The translations under genes and the position numbers were made by a program. Shown here piece after piece: positions 9,320 to 18,281 of a stretch of DNA of 64,000 nt. The stretch covers positions 15,274 through 79,273 of IMG/VR virus record IMGVR_UViG_2627853746_000004; one strand, written 5' to 3'. The notes under the pieces are model-generated. The model was not told the origin of the DNA. It saw only the letters and a program-made list of their open reading frames with translations, and ran no database searches. How positions within the stretch are numbered: position 1 is the stretch's first letter; the number at the start of each line of letters is the position of its first letter. This stretch comes from a virus. Taxonomy: Duplodnaviria > Caudoviricetes.

Positions 9320-9848
9320 ACCATACCTGAGATTCAGAACTGTAATTTGGGACCCTGGGACGTTCACAGAGGATTGTATCAGTTACCAAGGTTACCGAGC
9401 ATTCATTGACCGCCATGTGAAATCCAGGCACCAATACATGCAGTATGACGAGATTGGTAACCCAGCGGCTACAGAGTGGTACCTGAAGGACATGCGGAGC
9501 CGTGGATATCGACCATTACCCATTCTGCAGCCAGGCGGCGATGAAAAGATGCTTCACACGGAGCCCTTACTCTTTATCGGCGGACTGGTCCCGATGAACG
9601 AACTTAGCCGCACGCAGTACCTGGACGGCCTGCTGAGTGGAAGCGTGAGAGCAAAGTTACACTTACTGGGAATGATGCGGCATGAATGGTTTTCACCATA
9701 TTCAGCAGCAGTGCAGGGCGATAACACTAGTTGGATACCTCGCAGCGAATGGAACCGGCGCAAGACTCCGGCAGAGTGGATGCTTGAATACGGCGAGCAG
9801 TGGGTACCACACCAGCCGAACAAGACAGTGCAATTATCACTATTTTAG
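9201..9848 (+). CDS. TGT-fold, DpdA-like transglycosylase candidate
   Basis: WDPGTF (cf. DSGAF), YDEIG, IGGLV, HLLG, DNTSW (cf. DSTSW). Confidence 0.6.
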   Translation: MKRIIYVAGVNRKHLAEQASSVPYWLLSATLLRKYPSWLEPYLRFRTVIWDPGTFTEDCISYQGYRAFIDRHVKSRHQYMQYDEIGNPAATEWYLKDMRSRGYRPLPILQPGGDEKMLHTEPLLFIGGLVPMNELSRTQYLDGLLSGSVRAKLHLLGMMRHEWFSPYSAAVQGDNTSWIPRSEWNRRKTPAEWMLEYGEQWVPHQPNKTVQLSLF

Positions 9849-9858
9849 GAGGATCACA

Positions 9859-10074
9859 ATGAAACTGCTGACTGACCTATACCCTATGGAATCCCTGCAA
9901 TACAAAATCATTTATATGGCACTTTGCATCATGGCGCTTGAGATTGAAAAAGATGGGGAACAGGCCGGAATGGCTGCGGCTTGGGGAGTTACGGAACAAG
10001 AGATAGCGCACGAACTGGAAGAACTGTACACCAATAACCCAGACCCAGATCGAGAAGAAGAGGATGATTTGTAA
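9859..10074 (+). CDS. Small acidic hypothetical protein
   Basis: ATG after SD AGGAGG. Confidence 0.6.
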   Translation: MKLLTDLYPMESLQYKIIYMALCIMALEIEKDGEQAGMAAAWGVTEQEIAHELEELYTNNPDPDREEEDDL

Positions 10075-10178
10075 AGGCCGGAGGCCATCGAAACTCGACC
10101 GAATAACCCAGCGCAGCGGGGGCCGGGTGAAGGTTTAATAGCCATCTGGCTCCCCATAAAGAAAGGAACAACAAACCT

Positions 10179-10532
10179 ATGACAAATGAAGAAGCAATCC
10201 ACGCAATCAAGTGCAACTATCCACATGAGCGTTATACGATGCTGCGGGAAGCATTGGACATAGCAATGGCGCTGCTGGCTGCTGAATCCAAACCAATGAT
10301 TCCATGGATCAAGTATGACGAATACGACAGGGGCATCGAAAGCCATGTAACGCATTTGGTTGTCGGTGAAACCGGACCACAACTTGCGCAGCATGCTAAA
10401 TTAATCGACAGACGCGGTTATGGCTGGCACAGATTTGGCGGTAACCGAATATACGGCGTTACACATTGGACGCCTATCAACCTACCAGGAGAGGAAACAG
10501 GCAATGCCTACACCAATCCTCCCTCCACTTAA
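10179..10532 (+). CDS. Hypothetical phage protein
   Basis: MTNEEAI start and VTHWTPINLP end, typical of phage middle genes. Confidence 0.65.
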   Translation: MTNEEAIHAIKCNYPHERYTMLREALDIAMALLAAESKPMIPWIKYDEYDRGIESHVTHLVVGETGPQLAQHAKLIDRRGYGWHRFGGNRIYGVTHWTPINLPGEETGNAYTNPPST

Positions 10533-10854
10533 ACCCATCCCTAACTATCCGGGATACAGCGTAAGCCGGGACGGAGTGGTGTACAGCAGTCGGAACAGCC
10601 GGGACGGGACGCCGAAACTAATCAAAGTGAATTCCCGGGGAAAGGTGAACCTGAACGGGCTAGGCTGGCAGAAGGTCCGAGATCCTATGGAGGTAGCCAG
10701 AGAAGTATGGAAAATCAAAGATGAACCGGCAGAAATCAAAGTGAAGAAACCTAAGTATAGACGTATAAGGGTAGCAGCTCTGATCATGGAGGAAAAGGAA
10801 GGCATTTCAACCAAACTGATTATCGGCGGAAAAATATACGTATTGCAGACTTAA
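10504..10854 (+). CDS. NUMOD4-motif protein
   Basis: LKPIPNYPGYSVSRDGVVYS; no intact HNH seen. Confidence 0.6.
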   Translation: MPTPILPPLKPIPNYPGYSVSRDGVVYSSRNSRDGTPKLIKVNSRGKVNLNGLGWQKVRDPMEVAREVWKIKDEPAEIKVKKPKYRRIRVAALIMEEKEGISTKLIIGGKIYVLQT

Positions 10855-10876
10855 TTAAACTCCCAGGAGGAAAACA

Positions 10877-11038
10877 ATGCTAAAAGATAATCTTGCAGGG
10901 ATAGATGATTACGACCTGATTGACAAAGACCCAGAGGAATGCAGACGCCGGGGCATGGAAGCCTACGGTATAACTGAAGCCCAATTATCCGTAGTAACTA
11001 CGCATGAAATCCACTCTATACTAATCGTAAATATGTAA
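10877..11038 (+). CDS. Small hypothetical protein (53 aa)
   Basis: Not in track; SD AGGAGG, MLKDNLAGIDD... Confidence 0.5.
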   Translation: MLKDNLAGIDDYDLIDKDPEECRRRGMEAYGITEAQLSVVTTHEIHSILIVNM

Positions 11039-11056
11039 GACAAACGCAAGGAGGTT

Positions 11057-11716
11057 ATGCCGATGATAGAGTTAATACCTGCACCGAATAAAGACTTCAC
11101 TCCAAGGAATGATCTGGCAGATATAACGAGAGCATATCAGGTTCAGTTCTTCACCAACGCCGACCAAGAAGACATACGTAAAGCACTCTGGCTGTTAAGC
11201 AGTTACCGGACCATCAAGGGGCTGGTGGACAGTTATGAATTTGTCCTTAAGCAGCCGCAGGAAAACGGATTAAATGATTTTGATATGGCCGGAGTTGAGG
11301 GGGCTGTAAAACGTCTCAGCACAAGCGACCACGTATCCAATTTACCGGCTAACGTACTCATAGCTAAAGAGACACGCCATCTTAACTACATGCTATATAA
11401 ACGAGTTACAGAAGCTGTAATGCACGCAGCAAATAACATCATTGATCCTCATGAGTACAAGATCGTAGAATTACTGTTCACCGGCGAAAGGAAATTTAGA
11501 TACAAGGATGCCGTAGAGTATATGAGGCATGAAAGGAAGAAAGGAATATACAGCATCGAGGCCACCACGTTCGCTGAGAAGCGCCGAAAGGTCATTGCTT
11601 CCCTTGCTAACACGTTGTTGTTTAACGGTACGCTGGATTATGTAACGATCGATTACGGGCGGGGACGGAACAAAGAAGGTGAAATTGGATTAAGACAACT
11701 CAACCGCGAAGGGTAG
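11057..11716 (+). CDS. Probable late-gene transcriptional activator (ArpU/RinA-like)
   Basis: Last gene of the middle region; C-terminal sigma-region-4-like helix pattern (EYKIVELLF...TTFAEKRRKVIASLA). Confidence 0.55.
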   Translation: MPMIELIPAPNKDFTPRNDLADITRAYQVQFFTNADQEDIRKALWLLSSYRTIKGLVDSYEFVLKQPQENGLNDFDMAGVEGAVKRLSTSDHVSNLPANVLIAKETRHLNYMLYKRVTEAVMHAANNIIDPHEYKIVELLFTGERKFRYKDAVEYMRHERKKGIYSIEATTFAEKRRKVIASLANTLLFNGTLDYVTIDYGRGRNKEGEIGLRQLNREG

Positions 11717-11799
11717 ATACCTGGAGCGGTATTTTTTTGCCCATTAACATAATAAGGCGTTATTTCCGTAGCGTAGCAGCACAACACCCCAAATATAAT

Positions 11800-11975
11800 A
11801 AAGATACCGAGGCGAGAGCTTCCGTACTACTCCATATCTGGTTGCGGCAATCTGTGACGGGCATATCACACCGCAGCTCATACCTTCCACCTCCTGGGCA
11901 ACCGTGATCTCAGCGGCTAAAGATATGGATCGAGAGCGCAACCCCAGCCGCGTAAGTGAGAGCTGGGTATCTTTT
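11800..11975 (+). ncRNA. Structured RNA candidate downstream of the putative late promoter
   Basis: TATAAT at 11794; nested stems TCCATATCT/AGATATGGA, GGTTGCGG/CCGCAGCT, TGTGA/TCACA; ends in CCCAGC/GCTGGG hairpin plus T tract. Confidence 0.45.
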
Positions 11976-12035
11976 GAAGGAAATGCTAAATAAAGTGTCG
12001 AATCTCCTGAAAGAACATTTTTAGGGGGATGAAGA

Positions 12036-12779
12036 ATGACGGAAGAAACAGAGGGAAAGAAAAAGAAAAGCGAGAGGGTTTCATTCTGGCCGATGATTGT
12101 ATTTGTGGTACTTGTACTAGGATTATGGATAGGTAATATGTTCGGGGGATTATACGGGTTTAAACCAGATGAGAAGCTGGGAGTCTGGGGAGATCGAGGC
12201 ACATTCGGAGATATGTTTGGCGCTGTGAACGCCCTGTTCTCGGGGCTTGCATTTGCCGGACTCATATTTACAATAATCCTTCAACGAAAAGACCTAAAGC
12301 TTCAGTTTGGTGAGTTGGCAAGACAAGCCGATGAAGCAGAAAAGATGGCTGCACAACTTGAAATACAACAGCAATTGACAAGTTATCAGTTAGCACAAAG
12401 CACAGTGAATGATTTAATAAGAGTTAAAAATATTACAATTGATCAATTTGAATATAGATGGAGAGCTACTGATACAAATCGTAAAGGTGATGGAATGATT
12501 GCACTTGAGGGGTTAGCGAAACAAGAACCGCAGATTATAAAGAATGAAACTAATAATAATCAAATCTTATCGCAGTATTGCAGCGTGTTATATTACATAC
12601 TGGAATATTTAATAGATTCTAATCTAAACGAGCAGCAAAAGAAGGTACTAGCAAAAACACTGCAACTACAACTTACAAGATATGAATTGAAAATAATGCA
12701 AATATATGCAGAAAAAGATATGGATAGATTAAAACTTTGGGATTTCTTTAATAAAGCAACAGTAAAATTCAATAATTGA
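12036..12779 (+). CDS. Membrane-anchored moron protein resembling putative phage abortive-infection proteins
   Basis: TM segment plus GTFGDMFGAVNALFSGLAFAGLIFTIILQRKDL motif; AT-rich; own promoter and terminator. Confidence 0.6.
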   Translation: MTEETEGKKKKSERVSFWPMIVFVVLVLGLWIGNMFGGLYGFKPDEKLGVWGDRGTFGDMFGAVNALFSGLAFAGLIFTIILQRKDLKLQFGELARQADEAEKMAAQLEIQQQLTSYQLAQSTVNDLIRVKNITIDQFEYRWRATDTNRKGDGMIALEGLAKQEPQIIKNETNNNQILSQYCSVLYYILEYLIDSNLNEQQKKVLAKTLQLQLTRYELKIMQIYAEKDMDRLKLWDFFNKATVKFNN

Positions 12780-12834
12780 TCAAGAGAAGAACCGACCTGA
12801 TTTTAGCCGGTTTTTTTATTGAGGAGGTGAAAAC

Positions 12835-13062
12835 ATGAGCAATTCTAATTTTACTGAAGTATTACAAATAGGCATTCCTTATTCGGGTGAGTCATTACAA
12901 AAGTTCTCAGATGAAAAGAATATTCCTATTTCTATTTCTATCAATGGTTATGCATCGTTAAAGGCCGGAGAAACTTATAGGGTTACGGCGATACACCGTA
13001 ACGATCAAACTATTACAGGCTATCTCGTTGAGCGGGTAAACAAGAGCTTCACAATAACATAG
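12835..13062 (+). CDS. Small hypothetical moron protein
   Basis: SD GGAGGTG; terminator 13093-13117. Confidence 0.6.
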   Translation: MSNSNFTEVLQIGIPYSGESLQKFSDEKNIPISISINGYASLKAGETYRVTAIHRNDQTITGYLVERVNKSFTIT

Positions 13063-13165
13063 GCACTCTTATAGAAAATTCCACTTACGTCTGGGAGTCG
13101 CTGAAAGCGGCTCTTTTACATTTAGGAGGGTTTATCTTCCATATGTCGAATTATGGATATGGGAG

Positions 13166-13429
13166 GTGAAAAAGATGAAAAAATATATTAAAGGATTTGA
13201 GGGAGAGAGTATCTTCGAGCTTGAGGAAGAAGTTAATCTTTTCTTAGGTACCCTGGATGCGGAGCGAGTAATAGATATTCAACATTCTGGGGTTGCCGTT
13301 TCACATGACGGGGCAGCAATGAAGCTTTATACTGCAATTGTTACTTATCTGTTCGATGAAGCCCTAAATGACATTCCATTTAAACGGGATGAATTTGAAG
13401 AAAAAATAAAGAATAGACCTGTAGTTTAA
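13166..13429 (+). CDS. Cse60/DUF2758-like small protein
   Basis: ELEEEVNLFL...VIDIQHS...LYTAIVTY pattern. Confidence 0.5.
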   Translation: MKKMKKYIKGFEGESIFELEEEVNLFLGTLDAERVIDIQHSGVAVSHDGAAMKLYTAIVTYLFDEALNDIPFKRDEFEEKIKNRPVV

Positions 13430-13528
13430 TGAATTAAAAGTTATAAATGAATACATAAAGCCATCCTTTGAACCTGGATGGCTTTTTCTGTTTCAGTTTA
13501 AACCAATAATCCTAAGGGAGAGATACTT

Positions 13529-13852
13529 ATGAGATTAAATGAAATACGGCTGGAGTTGACAGACCATGCTCACCAGCAGTTCATGGAGAGGGCAGGACTG
13601 GCGACATTTGAAGAAATCAGGGATGCTTGCCGTGAGCAATTGGCAGCAGGGGACTACAAGCGAGACGGTGAGTTTATTAAAATCAATGATGCCTGGTGGA
13701 TATTCACCATACGCGAAGAAATGATTGTGCTGATCACCTGCTATGGTAACAGTCATTTTGATGTTCCGAGGGCGTTAGCATGGGCAAGAAGACACGATGA
13801 CCGAATTACCTTGGATAACTTCCTAAACCCGGAAGCACAACAAATTATATAG
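13529..13852 (+). CDS. Hypothetical protein
   Basis: LTDHAHQQFMER...ITCY pattern reminiscent of RelE/DUF4258 folds (weak). Confidence 0.6.
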   Translation: MRLNEIRLELTDHAHQQFMERAGLATFEEIRDACREQLAAGDYKRDGEFIKINDAWWIFTIREEMIVLITCYGNSHFDVPRALAWARRHDDRITLDNFLNPEAQQII

Positions 13853-13932
13853 GCCACAACCGACAGCGCCGATGAAGGGCGTTTTTATTTGCTCAGGAAA
13901 GTTTTCCTTAATTCTATATTGGAGGCGATGAA

Positions 13933-14487
13933 ATGAAGTTTGTACAACCCATTAGAGACCCAGTAAAGCTCAATTTAATCCAAAGGTATCTCAGGGACCA
14001 AAACCACCGGAACTACATCCTGTTTCAAATCGGAATCAATACCGGATTTCGTATTTCTGATATTTTACCTATCAAAGTGGCTGACGTTAAAGGAACTCAC
14101 ATCACAATTAGAGAGCAGAAGACAGGCAAAGAAAAGAAGGTTCTGATCCGCAAGACACTACGAAAAGACTTGGATGCATATATATCAGGTAAATCAGATG
14201 ACGAATATCTCTTCCCGAGTCGAAACAAAAAAGGAAGTCGAAAACTTCATCCGATATCTCGAAGCATGGCTTATAAAATCGTCAGAGATGCTGCTGCAGA
14301 GTTCGGACTTACCGAGATTGGGACCCACTCCATGAGAAAGACCTTCGGGCACAACTTTTACACCAAAAAGAGAGACATAGTGTTACTAATGGACCTATTC
14401 AACCATACAGAGGAAAAAGTGACTTTACGGTATGTAGGCATCCTCCAGGACACCCTAGACGATGCTTTAGAGGATGTAGAACTGTAA
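13933..14487 (+). CDS. Small tyrosine recombinase (catalytic domain only)
   Basis: GFRISD, K in EQKTGK, HSMRKTFG, FNH, TLRYVG. Confidence 0.92.
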   Translation: MKFVQPIRDPVKLNLIQRYLRDQNHRNYILFQIGINTGFRISDILPIKVADVKGTHITIREQKTGKEKKVLIRKTLRKDLDAYISGKSDDEYLFPSRNKKGSRKLHPISRSMAYKIVRDAAAEFGLTEIGTHSMRKTFGHNFYTKKRDIVLLMDLFNHTEEKVTLRYVGILQDTLDDALEDVEL

Positions 14488-14488
14488 C

Positions 14489-14605
14489 GAATTCACCTTA
14501 AACAGGTAATGATGAACTCAAAATAGGGAAAAGAAAACAGAATCAATAAAATCAAGGGAAAGCCGCACTTTACGAGTTACACACAATATATATTAAAGTG
14601 AATTC
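14489..14605. repeat. Inverted pair of ~33-bp sites after the recombinase (putative recombination site)
   Basis: GAATTCACCTTAA...GAACTC (14489-14519) versus GAGTTAC...TTAAAGTGAATTC (14574-14605). Confidence 0.55.
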
Positions 14606-14749
14606 AATTAACAAATATTAGTAGAATACAGCAAGTAGCCCAAGCCTGAGTTCAATCTAAGGCTTATTTTCATTAGTAACGTTTGACCAATGTAGACCTT
14701 TCAAAAGAGGGTCCAACTCAAATACGTAGTAAGGCCGAGGTGAAGTTAG

Positions 14750-15490
14750 TTGACAAGGGAGAAAAGCCCGGATCGTGAAAAGGCGCTGAAGATATGGCTG
14801 AAGAGTGGAAGGCAGAAGAAACTGAGTGAAATTGCGGCAGAACTTGGACTCAATCCTTCAATGGTTCGCAGATGGAAAAGCGCCGATAAGTGGGATGAGA
14901 TACCGGCATCCGGCAGACCGAGAGGAGCTAAGAAGGGCAACCAGAACGCAAAGGGAAATAAGGGTGGTAAGGGTGGCCCCGAAGGGAATCAGAAAGCGCT
15001 CAAGCACGGATTCTTCAGTAAGTTTATGCCTCAGGACCCTGAGTTCATGGAGATACGCGAGATTGTGGAAACCATGAGTCCAGCAGATATGATCTGGGAG
15101 AACGTACTTAGTCTGTATCAACGGCTTATCTGGGGCCGCCGCATCACACATGTCAAGGATAAGGACGATCTTACAAAGGTCCTGAAAAAGAAGAAACCAG
15201 GAATGTTCGGAACGGAGCGAGAGTGGGAATATCAACAAGCCTGGGATAAGTACAATAGCGCCATAAAAGCAGAGGCTACTGTTATGAAGGAACTCAGATC
15301 AGCAATAAAACAGTTTATTGAGATTGCTCCAGAAAAGGATGAACGAAGATTAAAGCTGAATAAGATGAAGGCGGAGATTGAGAAGACCCGTTTAGAAATA
15401 GAGAAACTCAAAAACGGTGTAGGGGATTCTGAAGATGATTTAATTAAGGATTGGGTGAGTGGAGTCACAGAAAATATTCAGGGGTCATAA
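14750..15490 (+). CDS. terS: Terminase small subunit
   Basis: N-terminal HTH (EIAAELGLNPSMVRRWKSADKW), GAKKGNQNA and GNQKALKHG motifs. Confidence 0.9.
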   Translation: MTREKSPDREKALKIWLKSGRQKKLSEIAAELGLNPSMVRRWKSADKWDEIPASGRPRGAKKGNQNAKGNKGGKGGPEGNQKALKHGFFSKFMPQDPEFMEIREIVETMSPADMIWENVLSLYQRLIWGRRITHVKDKDDLTKVLKKKKPGMFGTEREWEYQQAWDKYNSAIKAEATVMKELRSAIKQFIEIAPEKDERRLKLNKMKAEIEKTRLEIEKLKNGVGDSEDDLIKDWVSGVTENIQGS

Positions 15491-15611
15491 TCAATATGAA
15501 TTTTTGACTCTTTTACAGAAGTAAACTAATACTTATTTCAAGGCAATATGAAGGAATAAATGGAAAATGTGTCGAAATTCACAATATGAAATTATTTGGA
15601 GGTAGAAATAA

Positions 15612-17246
15612 ATGGAATTTAAAGTCCTGTCAAACAATTCAAGTGTAAAGGAGCAACCTGGAGGATTTGTTTATCTTGTCGCTGATAATTGGAATGATTG
15701 GTATGAATTCTGGGTGCTGTATCAGGCTTATTATAAAAATGAAAGAGACGTAGTAACATACATTGGCCCAGTAAAGTTCGGTAACATAAATATGGTAAAC
15801 GGTGTTGTGGATTTACCAAGAGAATTTAGCTCATTAGGCCAAACGTTTTTCTCTCTTGGACAAGATTCATTTTACTATGAAAATTTAAATCGTATTGGAG
15901 ATAAATTTCGTGATGATTTATTAAGAAATCTAAAAGATGTAGCTCTAGATTTGGAGCTATTTTCAGAAATTCAATCACTTAGAGTAACTTACAAAGCTTT
16001 ATTAAGAGATTTTAACTCGGACAAAGTTAGAGATACATTTCATTATTTAGCACTCGGAAACTCTTCTCTTACATATTATGATTTTGATTACCTGATCCCT
16101 AAGTCGGATGACCCTCAAGATGGTAACTACAAACTTGCCATAAAAGTAGTACCTGATTCCACACCGCCTACTAATATTCACGCAATTATAGGTAGAAATG
16201 GCGTCGGGAAAACTCACTTATTAAATCAAATGGCTGCTTCTTTGATGCAGGTCGAAGGTTCGGTAGGTACTTTTAAACACGATAACCCATTCGAAGATGA
16301 GGAAATCTTTAACCACATCATATATATATCATTTAGTGCTTTCGACGATGCGAAAATTTTAGAACATAAAAGGAATAATGACAATTCAGTAACCTATTCG
16401 TATATAGGATTAAAAGAAATGCGAAAGTTAAACGTTATTACGGATGAAATTACCAAAATGCCTAAACAAAGAGACTTTATTGAAACAAAAAGTACGAAAA
16501 GATTAAGAGAAGAATTGGTACAAAGTATATGGAGTTGTCGTGAAACTCCGTCCAAAAGAGCTCGGCTTGAACAAGCGATAGACATGCTTGGAACTGATCC
16601 TATTTTTGCTGTTGCAGGTGTACGGGAGTTATTGCATTCCTCAGAAACAGAGGAAAGACTTTTAAACAACGCTGTTGAAGTTAGAAAACAACTCACAAGA
16701 GAAGAAAGTGAGAGTATAAGAACTGATTTTTATAATCGTGCCATACTTGTTTTTGAGAAATTTAGTTCTGGACATAGCATTGTACTTTTAACCATTACTA
16801 AATTAATAGAAGAACTTAGAGAAAAAACACTTGTATTATTGGATGAGCCCGAATCACATCTACATCCCCCATTATTATCTACATTTACACGAATTCTATC
16901 TAGTCTATTGATTAAACAAAATGGTGTAGGATTAATAGCAACACATTCGCCTGTAGTTTTACAAGAAATACCACAAAAATGTGTTTCTATATTTAATAGA
17001 AGTGGAAGGAATTTGAAGTTTGAAACACCTTCAATTGAGACTTTTGGTGAAAATATAAATACTCTAACTAAAGAAGTTTTCTCATTTGAAGTAACCAATT
17101 CAGGATTCCATAGATTATTACAAGAAGCAGTGGATGCAAGTGAAACATATAAAGACGCATTAAATTTCTTTAATAATGAACTAGGCATGGAGGCTCGCGT
17201 GATTTTAAGTAGTTTAATGGATTTAAAGGAGACGAGAGGAGAATGA
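15612..17246 (+). CDS. ABC/AAA ATPase, PtuA (Septu)-like defence protein
   Basis: Walker A GRNGVGKT, signature FSSGH, Walker B LLDEPESHLHP, ATHSP; ETFGEN motif. Confidence 0.82.
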   Translation: MEFKVLSNNSSVKEQPGGFVYLVADNWNDWYEFWVLYQAYYKNERDVVTYIGPVKFGNINMVNGVVDLPREFSSLGQTFFSLGQDSFYYENLNRIGDKFRDDLLRNLKDVALDLELFSEIQSLRVTYKALLRDFNSDKVRDTFHYLALGNSSLTYYDFDYLIPKSDDPQDGNYKLAIKVVPDSTPPTNIHAIIGRNGVGKTHLLNQMAASLMQVEGSVGTFKHDNPFEDEEIFNHIIYISFSAFDDAKILEHKRNNDNSVTYSYIGLKEMRKLNVITDEITKMPKQRDFIETKSTKRLREELVQSIWSCRETPSKRARLEQAIDMLGTDPIFAVAGVRELLHSSETEERLLNNAVEVRKQLTREESESIRTDFYNRAILVFEKFSSGHSIVLLTITKLIEELREKTLVLLDEPESHLHPPLLSTFTRILSSLLIKQNGVGLIATHSPVVLQEIPQKCVSIFNRSGRNLKFETPSIETFGENINTLTKEVFSFEVTNSGFHRLLQEAVDASETYKDALNFFNNELGMEARVILSSLMDLKETRGE

Positions 17247-18157
17247 GATCTTTAGAAAAACCCAAAGAATTAGCGACTGAAGCTTTTGGAACCTGTATCA
17301 GTAGAGTTCGAAGCTCTGAATTAAAGGAAAGATTGGAAGAGTGTTATCCGGACATTGAATTGGCTGAGAATAGATTCGAGAAGCTTGTCCAATCAGCTTT
17401 ATTACACACCTTTAAGGATGATTTATTAAATGTTAGACGAGTTAACCAAGAAGAAATGGAAGCTGTATATACTCAGAGGATGGTGGACGAAGATTCACCA
17501 GGGAGAGATATTTATGATCGAATAAAAAACGCACCTTATAATAGTACTTGTCCCATCTGTGGACAACGTAAAGTTACGTGTCTCGATCATCACTTACCTA
17601 AATCACTATATCCATCACTTGTTGTCACACCAATAAACTTAGTACCTGCATGTGATGAGTGCAATGAAACCAAAAGAGCAAAAATAGCAAAATCCAGCGA
17701 AGATGAAACAATTCATCCATATTTTGATGATTTGGGCGATGTGCGTTATTTATTTGCTCAGGTAGTTAGAAAAGAGGAGGGAAGACCACCGGCTTTTAGT
17801 TTCTATTTCAAAGCGGCTCCTGCTTGGAGTGCCCAGTTGACTGCACGTGTTACAAATCATTTTGATTCGTTTAGTTTAAATGAGTTATATAGAATTCATG
17901 CAGCAGATGAGATTTCAGGGCAAGTGGGTGATTGGAGTAAATTAGGATACGCTTCCCTAAAAAATAAACTTGATGAGCAATTCTGGACACGATATGAAGA
18001 ACACCCTAATTCATGGCAAACGGCATTTTATGATGGGGTTCGTAATGATGAATGGTTTTGTAATGGAGGATTTTTGGAATTTTTAAATCCTGTTAGAAAA
18101 AAACTTTATGTCGAAAGAATGAAAATTGCTGCCACATTAGAAAAGTTAAGTGAATAG
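17243..18157 (+). CDS. HNH endonuclease, PtuB-like
   Basis: CPICG...LDHHLPKSLYP...NLVPACDECN...IHPYFD; ATGA overlap with the ATPase. Confidence 0.82.
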   Translation: MRSLEKPKELATEAFGTCISRVRSSELKERLEECYPDIELAENRFEKLVQSALLHTFKDDLLNVRRVNQEEMEAVYTQRMVDEDSPGRDIYDRIKNAPYNSTCPICGQRKVTCLDHHLPKSLYPSLVVTPINLVPACDECNETKRAKIAKSSEDETIHPYFDDLGDVRYLFAQVVRKEEGRPPAFSFYFKAAPAWSAQLTARVTNHFDSFSLNELYRIHAADEISGQVGDWSKLGYASLKNKLDEQFWTRYEEHPNSWQTAFYDGVRNDEWFCNGGFLEFLNPVRKKLYVERMKIAATLEKLSE

Positions 18158-18281
18158 CAAGTGTCACTAGAGTAACTTAATACAAGATAGTAAATTTAGC
18201 ACTCTTATAAAGAGTGCTTTCTCAGTTTAAATCAGCTTTTAAATAGAAAAGTTATTTTAATAATCTGGAGGGGGATCTATT

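Noticed and set aside
6989-10130. HDV-like ribozyme interpretation of the triple motif (GGCC start, CGAAT)
   Set aside because: Order of elements does not fit the nested double pseudoknot.
11744-12265. 173-aa minus-strand ORF
   Set aside because: Antisense to a well-formed moron gene and the structured RNA candidate; no SD or recognisable motif.
13933-14487. Prophage integrase marking an att boundary
   Set aside because: Too short, lacks arm-binding and core-binding domains, and phage genes continue on both sides.
15500-18280. Retron associated with the PtuAB-like pair
   Set aside because: No RT gene and no msr-msd-like inverted repeats in the short flanks.
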